This document shows, piece by piece, positions 22,987 to 35,163 of a stretch of DNA of 54,120 nucleotides (the first letter of the stretch is position 1; each line of letters starts with the position of its first letter). The notes under the pieces were generated by a model. That model was not told the origin of the DNA, searched no databases, and saw only the letters and a list, made by a program, of their open reading frames with translations. A program made the position numbers and the translations under genes. Source of the DNA: Octopus bimaculoides (Eukaryota); NCBI RefSeq assembly GCF_001194135.2, contig NC_068981.1:183972877-184026996 (forward strand). The letters are read 5' to 3'.

Positions 22987-24413
22987 CCCTTTCGTTACCA
23001 AACCGCCCAAAGCCGCCCGAAAAAAATTTTGGTTCATGTGACCAAGCCGCCCAAAACCGCCCGTAATCACCTATTCATATTTAAATGAGAATATCTGAGC
23101 AAATCTCGTTAGTACATTCGTGAAAACACGTGATTATTTGTGTAAACAGTTCAGCTATAGTTTTGTACGACGATCAATGTGTTTTTTTAATTTTGTGAAT
23201 TTTGGGAGATTTTTTTCCAAATTTGTTCCTGTTGTGTTTTCAAAATTTGTAATCCTGACAAAAAAATGGATACGAATTTTATTCTGTCAAGCAGCGAGTC
23301 AGAATTCGAAGGATTTTCCGTTGAAGACCTTGATAAATCTAACTCTGTAANNNNNNNNNNNNNNNNNNNNNNNNNNNNNNNNNNNNNNNNNNNNNNNNNN
23401 NNNNNNNNNNNNNNNNNNNNNNNNNNNNNNNNNNNNNNNNNNNNNNNNNNNNNNNNNNNNNNNNNNNNNNNNNNNNNNNNNNNNNNNNNNNNNNNNNNNN
23501 NNNNNNNNNNNNNNNNNNNNNNNNNNNNNNNNNNNNNNNNNNNNNNNNNNNNNNNNNNNNNNNNNNNNNNNNNNNNNNNNNNNNNNNNNNNNNNNNNNNN
23601 NNNNNNNNNNNNNNNNNNNNNNNNNNNNNNNNNNNNNNNNNNNNNNNNNNNNNNNNNNNNNNNNNNNNNNNNNNNNNNNNNNNNNNNNNNNNNNNNNNNN
23701 NNNNNNNNNNNNNNNNNNNNNNNNNNNNNNNNNNNNNNNNNNNNNNNNNNNNNNNNNNNNNNNNNNNNNNNNNNNNNNNNNNNNNNNNNNNNNNNNNNNN
23801 NNNNNNNNNNNNNNNNNNNNNNNNNNNNNNNNNNNNNNNNNNNNNNNNNNNNNNNNNNNNNNNNNNNNNNNNNNNNNNNNNNNNNNNNNNNNNNNNNNNN
23901 NNNNNNNNNNNNNNNNNNNNNNNNNNNNNNNNNNNNNNNNNNNNNNNNNNNNNNNNNNNNNNNNNNNNNNNNNNNNNNNNNNNNNNNNNNNNNNNNNNNN
24001 NNNNNNNNNNNNNNNNNNNNNNNNNNNNNNNNNNNNNNNNNNNNNNNNNNNNNNNNNNNNNNNNNNNNNNNNNNNNNNNNNNNNNNNNNNNNNNNNNNNN
24101 NNNNNNNNNNNNNNNNNNNNNNNNNNNNNNNNNNCTAATAACCCATTTTCTATAGCGATGTTTGAACAAAAATTTAAATAATTTTATATTTTGTTGAATT
24201 TACCTGTAATTAAAGTCACTTTGTGACAAAAATTTTGGTATAGAATTGGTTGAGAACCTTTTGTTAATTTATCTTCCAAAAATCACATTAATATGTTGAT
24301 AAATAAAAAAGTTAGAGTTGTTTAACGAAACCAGCCTAAATTTATGATTATGTTAGAAATTAATTGAAACACATAAGGGGTGTAATTTGGTTAGAAATAT
24401 GGTAACGAAAGGG
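22987..24413 (+). mobile_element. piggyBac-type element in KIF22 intron 14 (interior largely gap)
   Basis: TTAA|CCCTTTCGTTACCA ... TGGTAACGAAAGGG|TTAA: perfect 14-bp TIR and TTAA TSD. An acidic ORF start MDTNFILSSSESEFEGF at 23266. Confidence 0.9.
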
Positions 24414-24529
24414 TTAAAGTATGATAAGTGGACAGAAACAGACGTCTTGCTGTAGAGGAGACACAAAACTGTCCCAGTTGGAAAAGACAGATAAAGAGAA
24501 GCTATGAAGATGTTGGGACATACTATTTA

Positions 24530-24740
24530 AGTTAGAATTTACATCTGGCTAAATGCTTCGACAGTTGCCTTATTAAGAAAGTAGCATCAGGAGTGCTTCT
24601 CCCTGGCACAAAAGCAAACTGCATTTCATCTAGGCTACTCAAATTCCTAACTAGAGAACCTGTGACCCTTTCTGTAACTTTCATGACCAGGTCCAGTAAT
24701 GATATTTCTGCAATCACTTCCGTCTGAGGCATCATCTTTC
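24530..24740 (-). mobile_element. RTE LINE RT fragment
   Basis: LLDLVMKVTERV...DEMQFAFVPGRSTPDATFLIRQL. Confidence 0.85.
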
Positions 24741-24934
24741 CTTCTATAGTAAGAGTGAACTAAATTATTGTAGTAAACAGTAAATAACTATGTATGCAAG
24801 TAAGTATGAACTATAATTATAACTAAACAGCAAACCGTCAATTCTAACAATGAACCGTTAACTTTGGCTTTTACTTATGAGTATTTTATACATACATCTG
24901 ACACAAGCCAATACTCTTCACAAAGAAAGAGTCC

Positions 24935-25268
24935 ATTATTTACATTTGACGGATATTTGTCCTCATTTTGTTTGTTGTTAACACATTTCGACTGATATAC
25001 CCACGGGCATATAGCGTGGTGATTAAGAGCGTGGGCTAATAACCCCAAGATTCCGAGTTCAAATTCCAGGCAATGATCTGAATAATAATAATATTGAAAA
25101 ATGCCTTAGGAATGAGAACCCAGGTTCGAAATTTCTCCAAGACACCTGATTAAGGCTGGAGGGTGTATCAGCCGAAACGCGTTAACAACAAACAAGATGA
25201 GGACAAATATCCATCAAATATAAATAATGTAAATAATATACATAATTCCTCATCTCTTAAATATAGAA
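24935..25268 (+). mobile_element. Second tRNA-head/hammerhead module with inverted 5' partial duplication
   Basis: 25000-25268 matches the reverse complement of 12143-12396. 24935-24999 is an inverted copy of the tail. The core reads CTGATTA (G8 lost). Confidence 0.85.
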
Positions 25269-25359
25269 AGGAAGAGTTCACTTCATAAATGTCAAATAAA
25301 TGAACACATTCACCTGCTATGTAGAGTGATACAATGCTCCACCTAACAGGTTCAAATCC

Positions 25360-25540
25360 TAGCAAAATCACAACAGTAGTTGAATATAATGCTGCTATCA
25401 GTCACTGTGTATGATCATTCCTGAATAACCTGATACAAGTAACAAGACGATCATACTCCACCCGACATTTAAGCACATCTGTCGAAACTCCTGATGGACC
25501 AAAGGCTTTCCCGGTCTTCATATTAATTGAAGCATTAGTA
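25360..25540 (-). mobile_element. RTE LINE RT fragment
   Basis: NMKTGKAFGPSGVSTDVLK. Confidence 0.7.
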
Positions 25541-25687
25541 ATACCCAGAGCACTCTATGGTTGGCGGTAGGAAAGGCATCCAACTGTAGAAACTATGCCA
25601 AGATGGATAAATGGAACTGCATGCCAGCATGGAAGAGAGACATTAAATGATGAGGATATAAAAAGAGCAAAACAACTTCATACTTAC

Positions 25688-25747
25688 GTGCATAAATGTT
25701 GAGACATATTTTTCTCCCAAATCCAGAATTTGATACAGATCTTCAAC
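25688..25747 (-). CDS. KIF22: KIF22 exon 14 (VEDLYQILDLGEKYVSTFMH)
   Basis: Acceptor ttcttgcag, donor CAC|gtaagt. 60 nt. Confidence 0.9.
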
Positions 25748-26539
25748 CTGCAAGAAAGTATTTTAAAATTACTTTAATACATCATGGCAGCAAAACATAA
25801 ATAGGTGTTGAGGGATGAGGATCTAAAGAAGAACAAGTTAAGAATGGTGGATTGGATGTACAATGTTAAATTGCATGAAAGGAAAATCACAAAAGACTAG
25901 AGAATCAGTAGTACAACTCAGTGAGGGCAGAGGTGGTCTGCGTCAGTCGAAGTTTTATTGTACATAAGTTTTAAGAAAATCGTTTACGGACCCCAGTGAA
26001 GAACCATTGATCGAGATGCTTCCGTGAAAACCATATCTAGCCATGGGGATATATTACCTTGCATAGAAACAGCTATGGAAGGTCACCAGGACCTAGAAAA
26101 TCTGCCTCTATAAAATCAGTGTCATACAAGCATGGAAAAGTAGACATTAAAATGATAAAATAAACAGTGGCAGCACTGAATGCTGAACAAGTGCCATGTT
26201 AGCCAGCAGCCCAATTTCAAGAAATTCTTGTAGTCATACCTTAGGAAAGAAAAATACCGTGTCTGTATGTTTGTCTCCACCGCCATCACTTGAGAACCAG
26301 TGTTAGTTTGTTTACACCCCCCATAACTTAGCACTTTGGCAAGAGACTGACTGAAGTACTAGGTTTAAAAAAAAACTAAGTACTAGAGTTGATTCGACTA
26401 AAAATTTGTCATGGTGGTGCTCCAGCATGGCCACAATCTAATAACTGAAATAAGTACGAGGTAAAAAAGATACTAGGGGACCAAGTTAGTAGTGGGGGAG
26501 GGGCGCTGAAAGTGTAGCTGCTAGAATAAGGATAGCCTG

Positions 26540-27548
26540 GGCAAAGTTACCTCTGCTGGTGACAAAGGGCCTCTCACTCAGTAAAAGGTAGACTTTATGA
26601 CGCATGTGTACGAACAGCCATGCTACATGGCAGTGAAACATGGGCCGTGACTGCTGCGGACATGCGTAAGCTCGCAAAGAATGAAGCCAGTATGCTCCAA
26701 TGGATGTGTAATGTCGGTGTACATACGCAACGGAGTGTAAGTACCGAGAGAGAAAAGTTGAAACTAAGAAGCATCAGAGACAACTGCGCTGGTATGGTCA
26801 TGTGTTGCATATAGATGAGGATGGCTGTGTGAAAACATGCCACACCCTACCAGTTGATGGAACCTCTGGAGGAGGTAGACCCAGGAAGACCTGGGATGAG
26901 GTGATGAAGCACGACCTTCGAACATTAGGCCTCACCGAGGCAATGACTTCTGACTGAGACCTTTGGAAATATGCTGTGCATGAGAAGACCTGGCAAGCCA
27001 AGTGAGACCATAATGCAAGGCCTCTACCAGGGGTGTAGCCAGCCCACTTATGCAAACCTCTCCTTCATTGGACACTAAACTCGGCTTGTGAAGACCTGTT
27101 GGGGCAAGTGAAAGAGAAATCGTGATGGCACCTGTACCAGTGGAACACTCAGTGCACCATCCGAGCGTGATCTTTGCCAGAGCAGCTACCTGGCTTCCGT
27201 GCCAGTGGCATGTAAATAGCACCATTTGAGCGTGATCGTTACAAGCGTCGCATTCCTGGCACTTGAAAAGGCATTCGAGCAAGGTTGTTGCCATTGCAGC
27301 TGGCATGTAAAGTACACCACTTTGAGCGTAGCCCATTGCCAGTACCGCCTGAGTGGCCTTCGTGCCAGTGGCACGTAAAAGCACCCACTACACTCTCGGA
27401 GCGGTTGGCATTCGGAAGGGCATCCAGCTGTAGAAACTGCCAGATCAGATTGGAGCCTGGTGCAGCCATCTGGTTCACCAGTCCTCAGTCAAACGTCCAA
27501 CCCATGCTAGCATGCAAAGCGGACGTTAAACGATGATGATGATGATGA
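26540..27548 (+). mobile_element. RTE LINE 3' end (ORF C-terminus, 3' UTR, (GAT)n tail)
   Basis: LHGSETWAV, QLRWYGHV, GRPRKTWDEV, DLRTLGL. Ends ccatgctagcatg...gttaaac(gat)n. Confidence 0.9.
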
Positions 27549-27740
27549 CTAGTCCTACATATATTAAATGAAGCTGAAACTATCAGTGGTGACCCACCAA
27601 ACTAATGACACTTGCACAAGTGTCATTTGCATGACACTAGTATCTGTCACAACTACAATTTCACTTGGTTTCATGCATCTTAAGCACAGCATCATGCCAA
27701 AGGTCTCACTGCACTTAAAAACAAAAACATTTCCCCTTAC

Positions 27741-27865
27741 CTTTTGAAAAGGGCCATGTTTCTGCTGCCAGTTATATATCAGATTAGCTCTTCGAGTGCC
27801 AACAGTGTGAAGGAGAAGAATGTCTGCTTTGTTTTCAGAGTTTAGCAAACACAAGATATGGTTTT
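27741..27865 (-). CDS. KIF22: KIF22 exon 13 (HhH domain, ILCLLNS...KHGPFQK)
   Basis: Acceptor atttccag, donor AAG|gtaagg. 125 nt. VGTRRANLIYNW..HGPF matches the HhH_3-type tail of Kid. Confidence 0.93.
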
Positions 27866-27924
27866 CTGGAAATGGAATTAAAATTCAATAAATACGGAGT
27901 AATAGAAAGAATATATTAATATAT

Positions 27925-28830
27925 TCAAAATTTGGGACCAATGGTTCTAAAGTGGGGTCTACATAAGATTTTGCTGTTAAAACTTGTGCAATACAATGGT
28001 TATACTACTACACAAAATACTTCAATTTTTTAAAATATAATTCCTTATATTTAATTATAAAAATATGAGGATCTTTTAAAAATTGAATGTTTATTAGAGT
28101 CCAAAGGAGTAAAATATCAGGAGTGAGTCAAAGGGGTCCATAGATGAAAAAGGTCTGGGAACCATTGTTCCAGACTATATAACACCACAGCCAATGGCAT
28201 AATTATTACAACTGACATTAACAGCAACAGAAACCAAAAATGAACCTTGTACCTACTAACTCAATCAGCAAGAAATAACAGCCAAATCTTTAATAAATCA
28301 GAGTCTACCATCTTACAATAAGACACTGGATAATGCAGTTCTACATATGCTGTCCAAGAATAATACAAGAATATCACAGCAAAGCATTTAGCCCCAGGTC
28401 AGCTGCAATCCAGTAGGCTTATGGTCAAATGTCATCAGTACTACCACCACCCACCTCACATATACAATGTATCTATGTATATATTAATGCAGTGTTTGAA
28501 CCTTTTTACCCTTGTGTAACCCTTAAAATAAATTACATCTCAAGGAACCCCTGCACAATACAAATTACATACCATATCTTATTTTTTTCATCGTAATTCA
28601 CGTGGTCAATATATATATATATATATATCCATCCCCAGTGGTTATATTTTTTAATAACATAAGTAAGGACGATGTCTATACTTCAATATTACAATAACCA
28701 ATAATATGTTGTGCATGTATAGTAATATTACTATCATAAAATTAGCATATCTCATTCTGTCGGGGAACCCCGAAGAACCTTTTGCAGAACCCTAGGGTTC
28801 TGGGGAACCCTGGTTGAGAAATGCTGTATT
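27925..28830. mobile_element. Two hAT-like MITE remnants (about 27925-28170 and 28490-28830)
   Basis: cag/ctg-type termini with gggaacc(a/c) motifs. A related piece lies at 36330-36410. Confidence 0.4.
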
Positions 28831-29199
28831 AAGGAATGACAAAGGAACAGGAATCAACTTCCTTAGTTTACTGCTGTTGTTTTTTTTCCATAAGAAGCAG
28901 TGCACTTAGAGCTATGTATTTGTGCAGCATCCCATTGCTTCCTCAGAGCCAACAAAATATGTATGCTCATTTTGAAAAGCATTTAAATAGATAGAAAAGG
29001 TCGCATTAAAAAGCATAAAATAATCTAATATGGTTTGAGGGAGAGAAGCCATGCCAAAAAATATACAAATTTAAATATATGTATTCAAATACTTGCACAA
29101 AAGGAATAGACAAACACAGGTATCAACACACACGTACAAACACACATGTCAACACGTACGCACACACACATTTTAAGACATGCACAAACTATACAAACA

Positions 29200-29490
29200 A
29201 TTGTAATGTCAGGAGTTTGATTGCTGGTGGTACATTGTATCCTTGAGCAAGACACTTTATCCCACATTGCTTCAGTCCATTTAGCTGGCAAAAAATGAGA
29301 TGCACCTGTTATTTCAAGGGGCCAGTCTTGTAACATTCTGTGTCACACTGAATCTCCCTGAGAACTACGTTAGCAGCACATGTCTAGACTCCTCAGCAAC
29401 TTCCACATTAATTTCACGAGCAGGCTGCTCCGTTATATTCAGAACAGCTGGAACTCTTATTGCCGTAACCAACAGAGTGCCAGCCACACA
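29200..29490 (+). repeat. CORE-like SINE
   Basis: ccttgagcaagacactttatcccacattgcttcagtccatttagctg central domain. Confidence 0.6.
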
Positions 29491-29499
29491 CATCTGAGA

Positions 29500-29839
29500 T
29501 GATGATGCTGCTGAGACCCCCTTCAGTCATGACTGACCATGGGATTGCAAGTTACCCTCCGAGGCACAAGTCCAGGCAAGGTCGTCTATGGAAGACCAGT
29601 AGTTGCCCATGCATGCCGGTTTCCCCTCTCCCCGCCATCAATGTTATGCAAGGGAAAGGCAAAGGCCGATACAGCTTGGCACCAGTGATGTTGCAACTCA
29701 TTTCTACAGCTGAGTGAACTGGAGCAACGTGAAATAAAGTGTCTTGCTCAAGAACACAACACGCAGCCCGGTCCGGGATTCGAGCTCGCAACCTTGCAAT
29801 CCTAAGCTCGACGCTCTGACCACTGAGCCATGTGCCTTC
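29500..29839 (-). repeat. CORE-like tRNA-derived SINE
   Basis: A box TGGCTCAGTGG, B-box-like GAGCTCGAATCCC, and the same central domain as 29200-29490 in inverted orientation. Confidence 0.75.
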
Positions 29840-30822
29840 ACTGTCACACACACACACATATATATATAACAATCATGAATCACCTGATCCAGATTAAAGA
29901 TATTTTAACATGTGAAATAACAAACAATAGTTCCTTCAGTGTAACAATATACAATGAAATTTATTGGTATCTCAGAAAACTAAAGTATTCTGTAATATGG
30001 TTGTTGAGAAAATACTTACTGTGTGTTTTATGTCGGTGTTTGATCAATATTTCATCTATAACGACAGAGAAATAAAGATAATTAGAATTATCAAAACACT
30101 ATATTGTACATACACACAGACCCTCTCTCTCTCACATATGTGCATTCATACTAACGAACAAGCACACACACAGCCTCTATCACTCCATATATACTCATCT
30201 TTTTCAGTCATTGTACTGTGGCCATGCTGGGACACTGCCTCCATGGGGTTTAGTGAAACAAACCAAAGCCCAGTACTTATTCTATTGAGTTATATGCAAA
30301 CTTCTATGTTACAGGGACATAAACCAACTCTTTGCTGGACATGGTGATGTTTCAGTCTTATTAAACCTCTTCAAATACAACATACTCTTTACTCGAACTA
30401 TGTGGTCAGGAGTTCAGTCCCTCTGCATGGACATACTCAACTAGTGCTGTGTATTATAGCCACAGGTGGACCAATACTTTGCAAGTGAAGCAGGAAGATA
30501 AAAACTTTAGAAATGTGTATCAGTGAGTTTATATTACCTCTTGTCTTCACTGCTTGTAAGCAAAAGGTTCATTTAAAGGGTTCCATTTATTTCCAGTCTG
30601 GCTTAGAAACAAGAGATGCCATCAGATAGGGAACCCAATAAAAAAATTGCTTGCATGGATCAGAATTCACCACTTCAGGACAGAGAAAAGCAGAGCTCAA
30701 AATAATCAAGATGATGTGTCTGTCAGCTTCTATAGACTATCATCAGCAAAAAGGAAAACGAAATCCCTTAATACCAGCAGGGATAACAACACCCATTTAA
30801 ACCAAGTGACAAATATACTTAC

Positions 30823-30951
30823 CATCCTTAGATGAGTCACTGACCACAATATCCGTTTCACTGTATCTACGTTTCCTTATTTCTGAATGACATTTACGAG
30901 TTGGAATTGGCCGCAAAGGTGTAGAATTCTCAATATTTTTCAGGATTCCAG
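30823..30951 (-). CDS. KIF22: KIF22 exon 12 (GILKNIENSTPLRP...RKRR...SSKD)
   Basis: Acceptor cttttag, donor G|gtaagt. 129 nt. Basic NLS-like RKRR. Confidence 0.85.
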
Positions 30952-31764
30952 CTAAAAGCATACAAATTTTTATCCTCAACTCTTCAGCGTTCAGATTATA
31001 CTGCCAAATTTAATGCTTAATTATTCACATTGTTTTGAATTAAACCAATTCAATGATATGATTAGGTTTAGAATGACATTGTGGGATAGGTACGAGAGGC
31101 CAGATCTGGATGAACTTAAAACAGAATGTATGGCCTGGATATAAGCAATGTAAATGTTAAATGGTTATTGTTTTCAAATCTAAGTGAAAAAACAGTTCAC
31201 TTTCTAATGGATTGGCTTTGAAATATTGAATGCAATTCACAGAATCAATGTCACATCTACAGTATATTCATAGCTGTAACTGCATGATAATCAGTCACAA
31301 CTCCATTAGTTATATCTACTGGTAGTCATGACAACTATGGCAACGATAGTCACAGCCACCATACAATCAGTCGTAACAACTGCAGGACAGTTGTGAGACC
31401 AATTGACCAATCACAACTGGCCAGTGATAACTACAATCATCATCAGTCAAAGCTACAGTTCAGTTAGTCATTATCGAAGTTTTCATTGCCATTTGATCCT
31501 TTAGCATTCAGATTACTCTACCTAATGCAATGTTTTATTCACATTATTTTGAATTAAGTACTATTCTGTAGCTTGAAGATTTTGATGATGTGATTGTTTA
31601 ATCTCTAGATTGACATTGTAGAGGTGCAAGAGGCCAGATCCAACCAGTTTGAATGCTAATGGGTTAGAGTAAAAGTAACACTCCACTTTGTAAATGGTGA
31701 TGGTACTGATGATAATAGTAAAATATATAACCGAAGAGTGACTGTGTATGTGTGTGTGTGTGCG

Positions 31765-32103
31765 CGCGTGCTGGTGCCATGTGAAAAGTACTTGTGCCAC
31801 TAAACACTGTAAAGTGGTTGGCATTAAGGGCATCCAGCTGCAGAAACCATGCCAAAATAGAGTGCCTAAACAGCCCTTCAGCTAGTCAGCTCCTGCCAAA
31901 CTGTCCAACCCACGCCAGCATGGAGAACAGATGTTGAATGAGGATGATATATATATCATCATCATCATTTAACGTCCGCTTTCCATGCTAGTATGGGTCG
32001 GACGATTTGACTGAGGACTGGCAAGCCAGAAGGCTGTACCAGGCTCCAATCTGATCTGGCAGAGTTTCTACAGTTGGATGCCCTTCCTAATGCCAACCAC
32101 TCC

Positions 32104-32105
<2 letters not shown>
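31765..32105. repeat. Tail-to-tail inverted pair of RTE 3' ends
   Basis: Plus copy ends (gat)n at about 31948, then atatat, then the minus copy starts (atc)n at 31955. Confidence 0.85.
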
Positions 32106-32145
<40 letters not shown>

Positions 32146-32609
32146 GTATATATGTATATATATATGCTGTTGATGGTGATGATTGCAACAAGTGATGGTG
32201 AAGGTGACAATGGTAAATTGATGCTTGCAATAATACTTACCATTCCTAGTCAAAGTGTTATTTGACATTTGGTTTTCATTGTGGGATTGTTTCTCCATGT
32301 CAAATGTTACTCTTGAACTGGAAGATCTTGGACACAAACGCAAAGTCTCAGAATTTTCAGTTTTTGAAATACTGTCAATAATATTGCCAGTGTCTAGAAA
32401 AATATAGGGAAAGGTAGAAATGGCATTAAGTTTACAGGAATTAAATTCCCAATGAGATTTCAAACTGTGTTAAGCAATGATTCTTAAATATGTGTTACAC
32501 CTAAACCTTCAGATATTGGTTAAATGTCAAACTCCCTCCATAATCATCTCCAATACAAGAGGAGAATGGAAGAGAAATGATTAGGCAATATCACAGACTA
32601 ACTTAAGTT

Positions 32610-32860
32610 CTGAACTGGTAGTGTATGCATGATATCTAAATGGAGACGGTGTTGCTGTACAAATGCGTCTGCATGTGTAGATTATTAATATACAGAGCTA
32701 AGTGCTGAAGTATACCTGATCTGAATGGAATATCTGTCAGAGAAAGGAATCTACACGTATCAGTATGACAGTTATTACCAAGGAACAGACAATAACAATC
32801 CTTTCTGTAACAGGCACATGGTCTGAAATTTTGAAGAGATCTAATTGATGAGATCAACAC
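32610..32860 (-). mobile_element. CR1-type RT remnant
   Basis: LIRVDSFL...ALYINNLHMQTHLY across frameshifts. Confidence 0.45.
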
Positions 32861-32867
32861 CAAGCAA

Positions 32868-33025
32868 TGCAAGTGGCTGTGTGGTAGGTAGCTTGCTTAC
32901 CAACCACACGGTTCTGGGTTCAGTCCCACTGCATGGCACCTTGGGCAAGTGTCTTCTACTATAGCCTCGGGCCGACCAAAACCTTGTGAGTGGATTTGGT
33001 AGACAGAAACTGAAAGAAGCCAGTC

Positions 33026-33105
<80 letters not shown>

Positions 33106-33290
33106 TTGTCACCCCAACATCGCTTGACAACCGATGCTGGTGTGTTTATGTCCCCGTAACTTAGCGGTTCGGCAAATGAGACCAATAGAATAAGTACTAG
33201 GCTTACAAAGAATAAGTCCCGGGATCGATTTGCTCGACTAAAGGTGGTGCTCCAGCATGAAACAAATGACTGAAACAAGTAAAAGAGTAA
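32868..33290 (+). repeat. tRNA-derived SINE with internal (TA)n(TG)n; other copies near 26190-26460, 30200-30330, 39845-39945, 40480-40605, 40960-41130, 44740-45065
   Basis: tggctgtgtggt A-box-like head, gggttcagtccc B-box-like motif, and the shared domain ggcaccttgggcaagtgtcttctactatagcc. Confidence 0.8.
33027..33105. repeat. (TA)n(TG)n microsatellite; others include (TG)n at 32106-32140, 40075-40117, 48915-48943, (ATT)n at 45677-45730, (TA)n at 51872-51910
   Basis: Direct inspection. Confidence 0.95.
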
Positions 33291-33384
33291 GAATGTAAAG
33301 AAAGAGAATTCCACTAAGCATTTCGCCTGGTGTGCTAATGGCCCTGTCAGCTCGCTGGCTTTATAATAAGCTTCAAATTCTGGG

Positions 33385-34660
33385 ACAAGGTCAGCAAATT
33401 TAGCTGAGTAAGTCAATTACATTTGCCCTCAGGATACAACTGGTATTTATTTTATCAAAGAGGAAAGATAAAGTCAAACTTGATGGAATTTGGACTCCCA
33501 AACAAATACAAAATGTTGCTAATCAATTTGTCCAAGTGTGTGAACAGTTCTCCCAGCTCACTGCTGTAATAATAATAATCCTTTCTACTATAAGCACAAG
33601 GCCTGAAATTTGCAGGAAGGGATTGAACTGATTACATCGAACCCTGTACTCAACTGGTACTTAATTTATCAACCCCAAAAGGATGAAAGGCAAAAATCAA
33701 CCTCGGCGGAATTTGAACCCAGAATATAAGAGGCAAAATACCACTAAACAGTTTGCCGCTCTCTTAATAAGAACAATCCTCTCTATTACAGGCACAAGGC
33801 CTGAAATTTTGGGGAAGGGGACTAACTGATTACATCAACCCCAGTACTTCGTGGATGCTTAATTTATTGATCCCGAAAGGATGAAAGATAAAGTCGACCT
33901 TGGCAGAATTTGAACTCGGAACGTAATGACGGGCAAAACATCATTAAGCATTTCATCCAACGCGCTAACGATTCTGCCAGCTTGCCACCCTAATAACAAT
34001 AAGGGATATTTTATACTCACTAGAAATGTATCTTCCTCCAGTCGTTTCTTTGTTTTTCTCCGAATGGTTTTCTTTCTCCATTGTTGTCCTCAGCGTTCGA
34101 CTTCTTTCTTTAATAACTTGCAGAAGTTCTCTTTGAAATCAAAGGGTAATCAGGTATTATATAAAGACATTGAAACAAATTCATCTCAAACTGTTAAGAT
34201 TCATTGTAATATCTTTAATGCTTAAGATAATTTAGGAGGAGGAAATCCAATTACATTATAAAAACTGATTATCCATAAATTACTGAGTAATAATCCTATC
34301 TACTATAGGCACAAGGCCTGGATTTCTGTGGGAAGGGGTGCAATTGATCACATTGAACCCACTACTTGACTGGTACTTTATCGACCCTGAAAGGATGAAA
34401 GGCAAAGTCGACCTTGGCGGAATTTGAACTCAAAACGTAGTGACAGACAAAATAACGCTAACCATTTTGCCCAGCATGCTAACAATTCTGCCAGCACACC
34501 ACTTAGTAATCAGTTTAAAATTTAAGTACAAGGCCAGCAATTTCAAGATAACTCTAAGGTCCATCTGACCCTGAAGGAAAGAAATATCAAATTGACCTGA
34601 GCAAGATTTGAACCCAAAATGTAAAAATAAAATCTTCATGACATTTTATTCAATGTTATA
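33385..34660 (-). repeat. Chain of about 5 co-oriented SINE copies surrounding KIF22 exon 11
   Basis: Same family as 20618-22138. Two more copies at 41860-42222 and one opposite copy at 45720-45900. Confidence 0.8.
34021..34130 (-). CDS. KIF22: KIF22 exon 11 (ELLQVIKERSRTLRTTMEKENH...; coiled-coil stalk)
   Basis: Branch-like ctgat, AAG acceptor, donor A|gtgagt. 110 nt. EKENH recalls the vertebrate KIF22 stalk. Confidence 0.75.
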
Positions 34661-34853
34661 ATGGTTTTGCCAACCAATAATTGTTCATAAGTCACATGAC
34701 CTGAAATTTTTTGAAGTCGATGACTAATAAATGCCATAGTCTTCCCATCACATTATCAATGTTCATTCACAGCAGAGGCTGATATAGCTGAGCACCAGTG
34801 TTGTAGCAAAAGCTGTCAGACCATCAAGAACTCAAAGAGATACCCCAATAACA

Positions 34854-35163
34854 CAGTGGTTACCAAACTTTTCCAGGCTGCTGCCCCTTTGACACCCAAA
34901 CCACACTCCTAGCGACCCCACCCCAACTAACCATCACAAGCATAGACTTCTTTCTGAAGCAAATTCAAAGTAACTGCATTTCACAAATAAAATTTAACCC
35001 AGCCAATCCATCATTTTGTTGTTTTCACCTGAATAGCTATCCCATTATCACCCCACTTTTAACATGAATTGCTACTCTATTGTCACCCCACTTTTCTTCA
35101 ATGCCCCCTTGGAACTTTTCATTGCCGCCAAGGAGGCAATACCACCCACTTTACCAACCACTG
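34854..35163. mobile_element. hAT-type MITE, same family as 43923-44193
   Basis: CAGTGGTTACCAAA ... ACCAACCACTG termini and shared interior. Confidence 0.7.

Noticed and set aside
30538-30597. 60-nt ag...gt segment on the minus strand
   Set aside because: Stop codons occur in all three frames.
30670-30729. Possible extra KIF22 exon; one frame reads DYFELCFS and another PEVVNS, recalling vertebrate DCWELQISPE
   Set aside because: No acceptor/donor pair gives a stop-free phase 1-to-1 exon, and the resemblance needs a frameshift.
32841-33416. ORFs with HT/YI/CV repeats (also 15678-16315, 31965-32463)
   Set aside because: They are translations of dinucleotide microsatellites and SINE sequence.
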